Of a stretch of DNA of 64,000 nt, positions 30,229 through 39,876 are shown piece by piece (positions within the stretch are counted from its first letter, which is position 1; each line of letters begins with the position of its first letter). The stretch lies in assembly GCA_964392305.1 (NCBI GenBank), contig CAYMPV010000008.1:1-64000 (forward strand), in the 5' to 3' direction. The position numbers and the translations under genes are program-made. The notes under the pieces were generated by a model. The model had not been told where the DNA came from. It did no database searches and was given only the letters and a program-made list of their open reading frames with translations. This stretch comes from an uncultured candidatus Brocadiaceae bacterium. GTDB taxonomy: Bacteria > Planctomycetota > UBA1135 > UBA2386.

Positions 30229-30429
30229 ATGGCGGACGGCTCTTCCTATGGCGGTTTGACGACGATGCTGGTGGTGCAAGGCGCCAACATCGGCCTGCTC
30301 GCCAAGGCGCTGCAGCAGCAGAAGCAGACCGGTCAGGCCGCCCTGCAGCTGATCGACGCCGGTGCGCCGGCGCCGCAGCAGGGCGCGCCCGAGCCCGGCA
30401 AGGGTTCGCTGGTCGACGTCACCGCCTGA
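30229..30429 (+). CDS. YjfB-family 'putative motility protein' mini-protein (66 aa)
   Basis: MADGSS…LLAKALQQQKQTGQAALQLIDAGAP…GKGSLVDVTA matches the YjfB pattern (LKKAxDxQxxQGxALLxLIESA…GxxLDVxA). Confidence 0.5.
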   Translation: MADGSSYGGLTTMLVVQGANIGLLAKALQQQKQTGQAALQLIDAGAPAPQQGAPEPGKGSLVDVTA

Positions 30430-30467
30430 GCTTTACTCGGTGCGTTCGGCCGGGCACGCTGCCGCCG

Positions 30468-31541
30468 ATGCAGTTCGCGCCCCTGAGCCTCGGCAAGGTC
30501 CACGTCGGCATGCCCGCCGTGCAGGCGGCGCTGAGTGGCTACTCGGACCTGCCGATGCGCGTCGTCGCGCGCGAACACGGCGCACCCTACGCGCTGCACG
30601 AGGTGGTGCTCGACACCAACGTGCTGCAGAAGGGCAAGCTGCAGCGGCGCATCCTGTCGGTGCCCGAGCAGGACCACCCGGTGGGCGGCCAGCTGATGGG
30701 TTCGGTGCCCGAGACCTTCGGCGCCGCGGCGCGCGAACTCGTCAATGCCGGGTTCGACGTCGTCGACATCAACTTCGGTTGCCCGGTCAACAAGGTGCTC
30801 GGCCGCCATCGCGGCGGCTGGCTGCTGCAGGATCCGGACACGGCGTTGGCGATGGTCGACGCGGTGCTGCAAGCGGTGGGCGGCGACGCACCCGTGACCG
30901 TCAAGATGCGGCGCGGCAGCGACGACTCGGCAGGCGCCGAACGGCGCTTCTTCACGATCCTCGAGGGCGCGATCCAACGCGGCGTCGCTGCGATCACCGT
31001 GCACCCGCGCACCGTCGCGCAGAAGTACGTCGGCCCCAGCCGTTGGCAGTTCCTGGCGCGATGCAAACGCCACGTCGGCGCGTTCCCGCTGCTCGGCAGC
31101 GGCGACCTGTTCTCGGCGTTCGACGTCGTCGCGATGCTGCAGCAGACCGGCGTCGACGGCGTCACCATCGCACGCGGTTGCATCGGCAATCCGTTCGTGT
31201 TCACGCAGGTGCGCGACCTGCTCGCCGGTCGTCCGGCGCTGCGGCCGACCGGCGCGATGCAGCGCGCCGCGATCTTGCGCCACTGGGAACTCGCCGTGCC
31301 CTACTACGGCGGCGAACGCAACGCGCTGCCGCACGTGCGCATGCACGCGATCAAGTACGGGCAGTACCACCGTGAACCGATCTGGGCGCGCGAGCAGCTG
31401 GTGTCGATGCGCGGGCCGGCCGACCTGCTGCCGCTGGTCGACGAGGTGTTCGCCGATCGTCACGACGAAGGCGTCGCGCGTGAGCTGACTGCGGCCGACG
31501 CGGTGGCGCCGGCGCTGGCGAGCTGCAACGAGGGGGAATAG
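30468..31541 (+). CDS. dus: tRNA-dihydrouridine synthase
   Basis: FMN/TIM-barrel Dus motifs: DVVDINFGCPVNKV, catalytic Cys context, ITVHPRT, GNPFVF. Confidence 0.85.
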   Translation: MQFAPLSLGKVHVGMPAVQAALSGYSDLPMRVVAREHGAPYALHEVVLDTNVLQKGKLQRRILSVPEQDHPVGGQLMGSVPETFGAAARELVNAGFDVVDINFGCPVNKVLGRHRGGWLLQDPDTALAMVDAVLQAVGGDAPVTVKMRRGSDDSAGAERRFFTILEGAIQRGVAAITVHPRTVAQKYVGPSRWQFLARCKRHVGAFPLLGSGDLFSAFDVVAMLQQTGVDGVTIARGCIGNPFVFTQVRDLLAGRPALRPTGAMQRAAILRHWELAVPYYGGERNALPHVRMHAIKYGQYHREPIWAREQLVSMRGPADLLPLVDEVFADRHDEGVARELTAADAVAPALASCNEGE

Positions 31542-31571
31542 GGTGCGTCGGGGCCCCGTCTCCGCAACTGC

Positions 31572-32060
31572 ATGAGACGCATCCTCCTCGGCCTCGCGTT
31601 GGCGATCGTCGCGTTCTTCGTTGGCCGCGCCGCCTATCGCGCCTTCGTCAGCGACCGCACGAAGATCGATTGGCTGCTCGCGGAGGAGGCGGCGGCCTTC
31701 AACGCGGCCAGCATGCTGACCGTCATGCCGAACTTCGCGGCGGACTATCGCGACGGCACGTCGGGGATCGATGGGCAGAGCCTGCGCGCGGCGGTCTTGT
31801 GGGCATGGCAGAACCATCGCGACGCAGAGGGCCGCTTCACGTGGCGGCTCGACCTGCCCGAGGGGGCCGGCGAGGTCCTGATCGACGGGGACGCGGCGAC
31901 CGCGACGTTCGGGCTGCAGCTGTCCGAGGGCGCCGGTGCCGATGGCAGGCCGCTGTGGTTGCTGGAGGTGCAGGCCGAGTTGCAGAAGCGCGACGGGCGG
32001 TGGTGGCTGACGAGTTCGCGGCACACGACCAAGGCCGGCAAGGCGCCCGGGCTGCGGTGA
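31572..32060 (+). CDS. hypothetical N-terminally anchored protein
   Basis: Signal-anchor LLGLALAIVAFFVG. No recognisable domain. Confidence 0.4.
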   Translation: MRRILLGLALAIVAFFVGRAAYRAFVSDRTKIDWLLAEEAAAFNAASMLTVMPNFAADYRDGTSGIDGQSLRAAVLWAWQNHRDAEGRFTWRLDLPEGAGEVLIDGDAATATFGLQLSEGAGADGRPLWLLEVQAELQKRDGRWWLTSSRHTTKAGKAPGLR

Positions 32061-32070
32061 ACCGGGCCGT

Positions 32071-33066
32071 TCAGATGATGCCGTCGCGGCCGCGCGCGAG
32101 GCACGTCGCGAACGTGTCGGGGTCGACGTTGGCGCCGCAGACGATGATGCCGATCTTCTTGCCCGCCAGCTGCGCCTTGACCTGCAGCAGCGCCGCCAGC
32201 GCCGCCGCGCCGGCCGGTTCGACTGCGAGTTTGGCGTCGGCGAACAGCAGCGCCATCGCGCGGCAGATGGCGTCGTCGTCGACCAGCACCAGCTCGTCGA
32301 CGAAGCGGCGGCACAGCGCGTAGGTGTACGGCATCGCCATCGGCGCGCCGAGGCTGTCGGCGATGGTGCGCACGGCGTCGATGCGCTGTGGACTGCCGGC
32401 GGCGAAGCTGCGGTGCATCGAGTCGGCGCCGGCCGGCTCGACCGCGTAGACGCGGCAACGCGGTTGCAGCTGCTTGACCGCGCAGGCGACGCCCGCGGTC
32501 AGGCCGCCGCCGCCGACCGCGACGAACAGTGCGTCGAGGTTGCCGACCTGACGCAGGAACTCCAGGCCCAGGGTCGCCGAACCGAGCACCGTGCGTTCTC
32601 CTTCGAACGGGTGCACGAAGTGCAGGCCTTGCTCGCGTTGCAGGGTCTCGGCCGTCGCGAACGCGCTGGCGATGTCGTCGGTGAGCACGACCTCGGCGCC
32701 GAGGTCGCGGCACGCGGCGACGCGGGCCGGGTTGGCGGTGCGCGGCATCACCACCTTGGCGGTCGTGCCGAGCCGGGACGCGGCGTAGGCGACCGCCATG
32801 CCGTGGTTGCCGGCGCTGACCGCGGTCACGCCGCGAGCCAGCTGCGCGGCGTCGAGGCTGCGCATCACCAGCAGCGCGCCGCGCGGCTTGAACGAACCGG
32901 TGTGCTGCAGCAGTTCGAGCTTGAGCCACAGGGTCGAGTCGGGCGGCGCGAGCCGCTGGATGCGGTGGCCGTGCCACTGCCAGGCCGGTGTCTGCAGGAT
33001 CCCGCCGTCGAAGTCGTGGCGCGCGCGCTGGATCGTTTCGATCGATGGTGCGGTGGGTTCACTCAT
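32071..33066 (-). CDS. PLP-dependent serine/threonine dehydratase family enzyme (Trp-synthase-beta fold)
   Basis: PLP lysine motif HTGSFKPRGAL, glycine-rich loop VSAGNHGMAVA, GGGGL. Start moved to MSEPTAPSIETIQRA. Confidence 0.8.
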   Translation of the reverse strand: MSEPTAPSIETIQRARHDFDGGILQTPAWQWHGHRIQRLAPPDSTLWLKLELLQHTGSFKPRGALLVMRSLDAAQLARGVTAVSAGNHGMAVAYAASRLGTTAKVVMPRTANPARVAACRDLGAEVVLTDDIASAFATAETLQREQGLHFVHPFEGERTVLGSATLGLEFLRQVGNLDALFVAVGGGGLTAGVACAVKQLQPRCRVYAVEPAGADSMHRSFAAGSPQRIDAVRTIADSLGAPMAMPYTYALCRRFVDELVLVDDDAICRAMALLFADAKLAVEPAGAAALAALLQVKAQLAGKKIGIIVCGANVDPDTFATCLARGRDGII

Positions 33067-33316
33067 CGCGAGCCTGTGGGGCGCAGGGTGGCTGCGCAGG
33101 AGCCTTGCCGAGTGCTGCTGGCGTAGAGAGAGCCCGACGCTCCCGCAACTCGGGGAACGACACACACGCCGCCGATCGGAACGAATCGACGGCAACCAGA
33201 GAACCTCCCCGTCGCAGCGTGCAAGGGATGTACGCGGCAATCACGGCTTGCGCCGTGGCGACGAGAACGCCGAGCCGAAGAAGAGTAACGGGCGATCGGC
33301 GTCGGACAAGGCAACA

Positions 33317-33793
33317 CTACCAACGATGGAACGCGGGGTGGCCTTCGCGAACGGCGACGAACAGCCCTTCGCAGGTCGCGCAGATGCGGCCGCCCGCTTC
33401 GAGCGTGCCGCTGATCTTGACGCGGTCACCGCTCGATTCGATCACCTTGGCGCGCAGCTGCACCGGGCCGTCGGTCGGCGTCGGGCGGCGCAGCTTGATC
33501 GAGTATTCCGCCGTCACCGTGCACGGCGGGTGGTCGAGTCCGCCCGACACCATCAGGTGGTGGGCCGCGGCCCAGTTGCAGTGGCAGTCGAGCAACGCGC
33601 CGATGATGCCGCCGTTGAGCATGCCCGGGAACGCTTCGTGCATCTTCGCGGGTTGCCAGGTGCAGACGACTTCGTCGCCGCGAACGAAGCTCTTGATGCG
33701 CAGTCCGTCAGGGTTCGCGGGGCCGCAGCCGAAGCAGGCGTTGCTGGGGGCGTACCGGTCCTGGAGGCTCTGATCCATCGAGGCATGATCCAT
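33317..33793 (-). CDS. hotdog-fold (PaaI/YiiD-like) thioesterase
   Basis: 158 aa. MLNGGIIGALLDCHCNWAA core typical of 4HBT/PaaI thioesterases. The ORF-track 611-aa extension is spurious. Confidence 0.6.
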   Translation of the reverse strand: MDHASMDQSLQDRYAPSNACFGCGPANPDGLRIKSFVRGDEVVCTWQPAKMHEAFPGMLNGGIIGALLDCHCNWAAAHHLMVSGGLDHPPCTVTAEYSIKLRRPTPTDGPVQLRAKVIESSGDRVKISGTLEAGGRICATCEGLFVAVREGHPAFHRW

Positions 33794-33868
33794 CGCCGAG
33801 GGCGGCGGCGCGAGGGAATCCCCCGCTGGTGGGTGGCGTGGCGACGCGCCGGTCACAATGATCCCCAC

Positions 33869-35176
33869 ATGGCACTCACGCGTCGCACCTTCCTCGCCTC
33901 CACGGCGCTCGCCGCCAGCCTGACCCCGCTCGGGTGCGCCGCGCCGCGGCCGGTGCGGCGGCCGCGCGCGCCCGACCAGAAGCTGCGTCTGATGGTGATC
34001 GGTGTCGCCAATCGCGGCGCCGCCAACCTCGGCGGCGTCGCCACCGAAGACATCCAGGTGCTGTGCGACGTCGACCGCCTGCAGCTGCAGGCCGCGGCGC
34101 AGAAGTTCCCGGCGGCGCGCACCTGCGAGGACTACCGCACCGTGCTGGCCGACGCGGCGGCGTGCGCCGGACTCGACGGCGTGGTGATCAGCACCCCGGA
34201 TCATTCGCACTTCCTGCCGGCGCTGTTGGCGCTGCGCGCGGGCCTGGACGTCTATTGCGAGAAGCCGCTGACGCTGACCGTCGGGCAGGCGCGCCAGCTG
34301 CGTGAACTCGCCGCTGCCAACGGCTGCATCACGCAGATGGGCACGCAGATCCACGCCAACGAGAACTACCACCGCGTCGTCGAGGCGGTGCGCGCCGGTG
34401 CGGTCGGACCGGTGCGTGAGGTGGTGGTGTTCGTCAACGGCACCGACTGGTCGGCGAAGGAACTGCCCGAAGTGATCGAACCACCGGCGCACCTGGCATG
34501 GGACCTGTGGCTCGGCGGTGCGCCCGAGCAGCCGTGTCGCGAGGGACTGCATCCTGCCGGCTGGCGCAGGTATTGGGCGTTCGGCGGCGGCACCACGGCG
34601 GACATGGCGTGCCACTTCGTCGACCTGGCGTTCTGGGCCCTGCAGCTCGACGCACCGATCTCGCTGCTCGCCGACGGGACCGAGCCGCATCCCGATTGTG
34701 CCCCGGCCGGACTGCGCTGCGCCTACCGTTTCGCGGCGCGCGGTGACCGTGCGGCGCTGACCCTGCATTGGCACGGGGGCAAGGACCGCCCCGAAGCGGC
34801 GCTGGCCGAGCGCGGTCTGGAGCAGTGGCGGAACGGCGTGCTGTTCGTCGGCGACGACGGCTGGCTGATCAGCGACTACAACCGTCACGAGATCGGCCCC
34901 AAGGCGCGGCAGGAGGCGTTCGTGCCGCCGGCGCCTTGGCTGGCGCCTACGCCGAGTCATCACCAGGAATGGATCGCGGCCTGCAAGGCCGGGATCGAAC
35001 CGTCGTGCTCGTTCGCGTATTCGGGGCTGCTGACCGAGACGGTGCTGCTCGCGAACGCCGCATTCCGCGGGGCTCGCGGTGCCGAACTGCAGTGGAATGC
35101 GGCCCGGATGGCTACGGGAGATGCCGCGGTCGACGCGCTGTTGCGGCACCATCCCCGCGTCGGTTGGGCGGGATGA
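33869..35176 (+). CDS. TAT-exported Gfo/Idh/MocA-family NAD(P)-dependent oxidoreductase
   Basis: Twin-arginine signal MALTRRTFLASTALAASL. Rossmann fold LRLMVIGVANRGAAN…STPDHSH…YCEKPL. Confidence 0.8.
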   Translation: MALTRRTFLASTALAASLTPLGCAAPRPVRRPRAPDQKLRLMVIGVANRGAANLGGVATEDIQVLCDVDRLQLQAAAQKFPAARTCEDYRTVLADAAACAGLDGVVISTPDHSHFLPALLALRAGLDVYCEKPLTLTVGQARQLRELAAANGCITQMGTQIHANENYHRVVEAVRAGAVGPVREVVVFVNGTDWSAKELPEVIEPPAHLAWDLWLGGAPEQPCREGLHPAGWRRYWAFGGGTTADMACHFVDLAFWALQLDAPISLLADGTEPHPDCAPAGLRCAYRFAARGDRAALTLHWHGGKDRPEAALAERGLEQWRNGVLFVGDDGWLISDYNRHEIGPKARQEAFVPPAPWLAPTPSHHQEWIAACKAGIEPSCSFAYSGLLTETVLLANAAFRGARGAELQWNAARMATGDAAVDALLRHHPRVGWAG

Positions 35177-35239
35177 CGCTGGCGTGACGATCAGGGGGCT
35201 CCCCTAGGGGCAAGACCGTCTGCGTTTCGGATACGCACT

Positions 35240-37069
35240 TTGCCGACCAAGGTCGTGATGAACGTCGTCACGAAGGTTGTGGTCGGGTGCGTCGCGTTGA
35301 CCGCGGTTGTCGCCTGCTGTTCGTTCCTGGGGCTGGGCATGGGCTCGATGGCGCGCGAAGCCACGAGCACCATCGTCGACCAGCGGCTGGTCGAACTCGG
35401 TCTGCTCGACGAGGCTCACACGAGTTTCGTGGCCGCGCGGCAGATCGAGAGCGACTTCCTGCTGAGTCGGCGCAAGGAAGCCATCGCCGAACACGCCACG
35501 GCGCTCGAGCAGTTCGGCAAGGTGGTCGGTGAACTCAGCCAGCGTCTGCACGACGACGCCAGCAAGAAGGCCACCACCGAGTGTCTCGCCGAGACCCGGT
35601 CGTACAGCGCCAGCTTCGCCAAACTCGCCGCTGCCTACGAGACGCGTGGTCTGGACGAGAAATCGGGTTGTGAGGGCGACATGCGCACCGCCGCGCACAC
35701 CGTCGAACAGCTCGCCAAGGACCTCGATCGGCAGGACTTGACGGTCGTCTACCTGATGATCCGCCGCCACGAGAAGGACTACCTGCTGCGTAGTCGCGAC
35801 AGCTACGTCGACAAGGCCAAGCAGGCGATCACGCAGTTCAAGGAGCTGGCGCGCGCCGGTGGCCTGGACGCGCAGCAGCTGGCCCGTGTCGACAGCAACT
35901 GGAAGGAATACGAGGACGCGTTCGTGGCGCTGGCCCAGAGCGTGGCGGCGATCGAGACGGCGCGCGCCGAGTGCACCGAGGCCACGAAGCTGACCGAAGC
36001 CGCGGCGCAGGCGATGACCGACAGCGTCAAGGCGGCGATCCAGAGCGACTGCGCCGCGATCGACCAGGCGCTGGCGGCGAGCGCGATGCGCATGCGCGTG
36101 ATCACCGGCGTCGGCGCGCTGATCGCCGTGGCGATGGCGTTCTGGCTGGTGCGCTCGGTGCGGCGGCCGATGGGCGCGATGACCCGGGCGCTCGACAGCG
36201 TCTTCGCCGACGACCGTTTCAACCTGCAGGTGCGGTTCGACGCGCACCAGCGCGACGAGTTCGGCCGGTTGGGCGTGGCGATGAACCACCTGTTCGAGAA
36301 GGTCAGCGAGACGGTGCGCAACATCCGCGCGGCCAGTCAGGAACTCGAACTCGGCGCCAACGACGTGCGCAAGAGCTCGGAGTCGCTGGCGAACGCGGCC
36401 AGCGGTCAGGCGGCCTCGGTGGAGGAGGTTTCGGCGGCGGTCACGGAACTGTCGTCGTCGATGCGTGAGAACCACGGCAACGTCGAACGGGCCAACGGCC
36501 TGTCGGTCGCGGCGTGCGACGCGGCGCAGCGCGGCGGCACGGCGATGGCGCGGCTGGGCACGGCGATGGACCGCATGCGCGTGTCGAGCACCGAGATCGA
36601 GCGGGTGCTGTCGACGATCGACGAGATCGCCTTCCAGACCAATCTGCTGGCGCTCAACGCCGCCGTCGAGGCGGCGCGTGCCGGCGACGCGGGCAAGGGC
36701 TTCGCGGTGGTCGCCGAAGAGGTGCGCACGCTCGCGCAGCGCTCCGCCGAGGCGGCGCGCAACTCCAAGAAGATGGTCGACGAATCGATCGAGAGCGTTC
36801 GCAACAGCGTGCACGAGACGCAGCAGGTCACCGAGGTGTTCAGCGACATCGACAAGGGCATCCGCGACGTGCGCGGCATCCTCGAACAGGTCACCGGCGC
36901 GAGCGAAGAGCAGACGCGCGGCCTCAACCAGATCTCCTCGGTCTCCGAGACCGTCGATCAGAACGCGCAGTCGACCGCTGCGCAGTCCGAGGAACTGTCC
37001 GCTGCGGCGACCTGCAGCGCCGATTCGGCCGTCGGCCTGCGCCGCATGGTGGCGCAGTTCGAGGTCTGA
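35240..37069 (+). CDS. methyl-accepting chemotaxis protein (HAMP + MCP signalling domain)
   Basis: Highly conserved MCP tip …[45 protein letters not shown]…. Two TM helices. Confidence 0.85.
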   Translation: MPTKVVMNVVTKVVVGCVALTAVVACCSFLGLGMGSMAREATSTIVDQRLVELGLLDEAHTSFVAARQIESDFLLSRRKEAIAEHATALEQFGKVVGELSQRLHDDASKKATTECLAETRSYSASFAKLAAAYETRGLDEKSGCEGDMRTAAHTVEQLAKDLDRQDLTVVYLMIRRHEKDYLLRSRDSYVDKAKQAITQFKELARAGGLDAQQLARVDSNWKEYEDAFVALAQSVAAIETARAECTEATKLTEAAAQAMTDSVKAAIQSDCAAIDQALAASAMRMRVITGVGALIAVAMAFWLVRSVRRPMGAMTRALDSVFADDRFNLQVRFDAHQRDEFGRLGVAMNHLFEKVSETVRNIRAASQELELGANDVRKSSESLANAASGQAASVEEVSAAVTELSSSMRENHGNVERANGLSVAACDAAQRGGTAMARLGTAMDRMRVSSTEIERVLSTIDEIAFQTNLLALNAAVEAARAGDAGKGFAVVAEEVRTLAQRSAEAARNSKKMVDESIESVRNSVHETQQVTEVFSDIDKGIRDVRGILEQVTGASEEQTRGLNQISSVSETVDQNAQSTAAQSEELSAAATCSADSAVGLRRMVAQFEV

Positions 37070-37120
37070 GCAGCCCCGTCCGCGGGGCGGCCCGATCAGG
37101 GCTGCCGCCGCGGCGCGCGG

Positions 37121-37600
37121 TCAGCTTCGCCAGCGGCGCGCGGCCTGGCTGCCGACGGCGGACAGCAGCGCGGTCTCGTTCGCGGTGAAGTCGTAGGCGG
37201 TCGGTTTGGCGATGCCGAGCACGCCGAAAAGCGTGCCGCCGTCCAGCATCGGCGCGGCCAGCGAACCTTCCATCTGCGTCAGCCTGGCCCCGGGACGCAC
37301 CACGCCGCTGGCGTCTTCCTGCAGGTTGCAGACCTGCACTGGCGTGCGTCGTTCGGCGGCGATGCCCGCCATGCCCTTGCCGATCGGGATCACGCCGACC
37401 TTGTCGAGCACCGGCGGCGGCAGGCCGCGTTGCGCGGCCAGATGCAAGTGGCCGTCGGCGGTGTCCAGCAGGTGCACGGTGCCGACCGGGCAGTCGAAGT
37501 GGTCGAGCACCATGTCGAGCAGCGCGGCCCACGGCGGCGTCGCGGCGTCGGCCAACAGGCGCTCGGTCGCGGCGAGGAGCGAATCGGACGAGGCGGTCAT
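37121..37600 (-). CDS. stand-alone GAF-domain protein
   Basis: GAF-like fold pattern. Downstream of cutC in the same orientation. Confidence 0.55.
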   Translation of the reverse strand: MTASSDSLLAATERLLADAATPPWAALLDMVLDHFDCPVGTVHLLDTADGHLHLAAQRGLPPPVLDKVGVIPIGKGMAGIAAERRTPVQVCNLQEDASGVVRPGARLTQMEGSLAAPMLDGGTLFGVLGIAKPTAYDFTANETALLSAVGSQAARRWRS

Positions 37601-37611
37601 GGCGGCAGATG

Positions 37612-38424
37612 CTACCCGGCGTCGGGTCGACCGGCAGTCGGGTCGAGGGTCGCAGCGGCGACTGCGGCGACGACTGCGGCGACTTCGGGTTCGCTGGTGA
37701 TGCGACGTCGGTACTCGTCGGGCGGCTGGCTCGATCCCATCGGCACGCCGCCGCGTCGGAACTGCATCGGCCCGTCGTTCCAGGCCGTCGCCGACAGGTG
37801 CACCTCACGCACCCCGGTGCGGTTCACGAGCGCCGCGACGTTGGCGGCGCGCACCCCGGCCCCGGCCATGACGGTGAAGCCGGGCTCCGCAGCGGCGACG
37901 AGCATGCGCAGCATCTCGGTGCCGTCCGGCGCGCTGGCTGCCTGACCGGAACTGAGCAGGCGGCGCACGCCGAGCGCGGCCAGTTCGCCTAGCGCCGCGA
38001 ACGGGTCCAGGCACAGGTCGAAGGCGCGGTGACACGTCACCGGTAGCGGCGCGGCGGCCGACACGACGGCGGCCAACGCCTCGCCATCGAGGTGCCCGTC
38101 GGGTCGCAACGCGCCGAACACGAAGCCGGCGGCACCGGCCGCGGCGAGGTGCCGCAGGTCGCGGTGCACGACGTTCCGTTCGTCGGCGTCGAAGACGAAG
38201 TCGCCGCTGCGCGGGCGCAGCATCACGAACACCGGCAGGTCGGTCGCCGCGGCGACGGCCTCGAGCAGGCCGACGCTCGGCGTCAGGCCGCCTTCGCCCA
38301 ACGCGCAACACAGTTCGAGGCGACCGGCACCGGCGCGGGTCGCTGCGCGTGCGCCGGCGACGCTGTCGATCGCCACTTCGACCAGGATGCCTTCGCTCCG
38401 GTGCGCACTTTCGGTTTGGCCCAC
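37612..38424 (-). CDS. cutC: copper homeostasis protein CutC family
   Basis: ILVEVAIDSVAGARAA…AGRLELCCALGEGGLTPS…CHRAFD… aligns with CutC from the N-terminus. Start codon uncertain (GTG near 38424 or a non-canonical start). The ORF-track 500-aa version is over-extended. Confidence 0.7.
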   Translation of the reverse strand: MGQTESAHRSEGILVEVAIDSVAGARAATRAGAGRLELCCALGEGGLTPSVGLLEAVAAATDLPVFVMLRPRSGDFVFDADERNVVHRDLRHLAAAGAAGFVFGALRPDGHLDGEALAAVVSAAAPLPVTCHRAFDLCLDPFAALGELAALGVRRLLSSGQAASAPDGTEMLRMLVAAAEPGFTVMAGAGVRAANVAALVNRTGVREVHLSATAWNDGPMQFRRGGVPMGSSQPPDEYRRRITSEPEVAAVVAAVAAATLDPTAGRPDAG

Positions 38425-38442
38425 GGGCTCTATGGTGGCGCC

Positions 38443-39825
38443 ATGCGCGCGCAATTGCTCCACCTTTCGGGTCCGCTGCGCGGCCGCACGGTCACCCACG
38501 AGCGACCCATGGTGGTCATTGGTTCGGGCGCTGATTGTGACGAGGTGGTGCGCGCCGCCGGCGTCGCGGAGCATCACGCCCGGATCGAGTTCGTGGAGGC
38601 CGAGTGCAACTTCCACCTGCGTCGCCTGGACGGCGCCGTGTTCGTCAACGGCAACGAGGTCGAGGAAGTCATCCTGCAGGACGACGACCAGCTCGAGTTG
38701 GGCGCCGGCGGACCGGTGGCGCGGTTCCGCATCTATGTTCCGCAAGGCGCGGTCTGCAAGCCCGTGCGGCGCATGCTGGCCGATGCCGGCGACGTGGCGC
38801 GGGTCAGCGGCGGATTCGAGGCGACACGCACGTTCACGCGCGATCTGCTGACTCAGGCGACGTTGTCGCTCAAGGTCGGCTTTCCGCTGTTCGTGGTGGC
38901 GATGGGGTTGCTGGCCGGCCTGCTCGGCGGATGGCTCGGCACCCGCCCCGAGGCGGCGCGCGAGCGTACCGCCAATGAACTGACGCAGAGCGAGATCGAT
39001 CGGCTGCGCGAAGAACAGCAGCAGCAGAAGGAGAAGCTCGACCGGTTGGCCAGCGTCAACGACACCGTGCGACGCATCCAGCGGGAGTGGAGTCGCGGCG
39101 TCTGCCTGTTCCACGGCGTGTTCCGCCTGCGCGGCACCGACGGCAAGTGGATCGAGGTGCGCGGTGAGCCCTACGAGATCGAGTACTCCGGCTCGGGTTT
39201 CCTCGTGTCACGCGCCGGCTACATCGCCACCAATCGCCACGTCGTGGTGCCGTGGCTCGATCTCGAGATGATCGAGCCGCTGCTCGCGATCGGCGCCGTG
39301 CCGGAGTTCGTGCAGCTGACGGTGACGTTCCCGGGTCTGTCGCCGATCGATGTGCCGTTCGGCTCGGTGGTGCGTCGCCAGGACGATCTCGACGTGGCCC
39401 TGGTCAAGGTGCCGGTCGAAGCGGTCGCCGAGGTGCCGGTGCTGCCGCTGCAGCCGGTCGGCGAGGTCAGCGAGGACCAGCACGCGATCGTCGTCGGCTA
39501 CCCGACGGGTCTGGCGGCGCTGCTGGCGCGCGCCGACCCCGCGCTGGTGCAGAAGATGCGCGACGAGTCGGCGACGATGACCATGGCGATCGCGGAACTG
39601 GCCGCGGCCGGGCAGATCCAACCGTTGCTGACCCAGGGTGTGGTCAGCGAGGTGCGGGCGGACAAGGTCACCTACGACGCGGTGACCACGCACGGCGGCA
39701 GCGGCGGGCCGGTGTTCGGCGGCAACGGCAAGGTGATCGCCGTCAACCACGCGATCCTGCAGGACTACACGGGCGCCAACTTCGGTGTGCCGATCCGGTT
39801 CGCGGCGGAATTGCTGCCCGAGTGA
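38443..39825 (+). CDS. FHA-domain protein fused via a TM/coiled-coil segment to a trypsin-like (S1) serine protease domain
   Basis: N-terminal FHA (…VVIGSGADCDEVV…HARIEF…LRRLDGAVFVNGNEV…). TM helix FPLFVVAMGLLAGLL. Coiled coil. Protease domain with GYIATNRHVV (His), DLDVALVKV (Asp) and THGGSGGPVFG (Ser). Confidence 0.75.
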   Translation: MRAQLLHLSGPLRGRTVTHERPMVVIGSGADCDEVVRAAGVAEHHARIEFVEAECNFHLRRLDGAVFVNGNEVEEVILQDDDQLELGAGGPVARFRIYVPQGAVCKPVRRMLADAGDVARVSGGFEATRTFTRDLLTQATLSLKVGFPLFVVAMGLLAGLLGGWLGTRPEAARERTANELTQSEIDRLREEQQQQKEKLDRLASVNDTVRRIQREWSRGVCLFHGVFRLRGTDGKWIEVRGEPYEIEYSGSGFLVSRAGYIATNRHVVVPWLDLEMIEPLLAIGAVPEFVQLTVTFPGLSPIDVPFGSVVRRQDDLDVALVKVPVEAVAEVPVLPLQPVGEVSEDQHAIVVGYPTGLAALLARADPALVQKMRDESATMTMAIAELAAAGQIQPLLTQGVVSEVRADKVTYDAVTTHGGSGGPVFGGNGKVIAVNHAILQDYTGANFGVPIRFAAELLPE

Positions 39826-39876
39826 GCTGCGGGCGGGCTGCCGGCGAAAAGGCAGGCGACTTCGTGCCGGGGTTCG

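Noticed and set aside
32798-35176. 792-aa, 1138-aa (40269-43685), 775-aa (43676-46003) and similar ORF-track entries as single giant proteins
   Set aside because: Only the C-terminal portions carry recognisable domains and proper signal peptides. The upstream parts run through intergenic sequence or neighbouring genes on the other strand. Starts were re-set at conserved N-termini.
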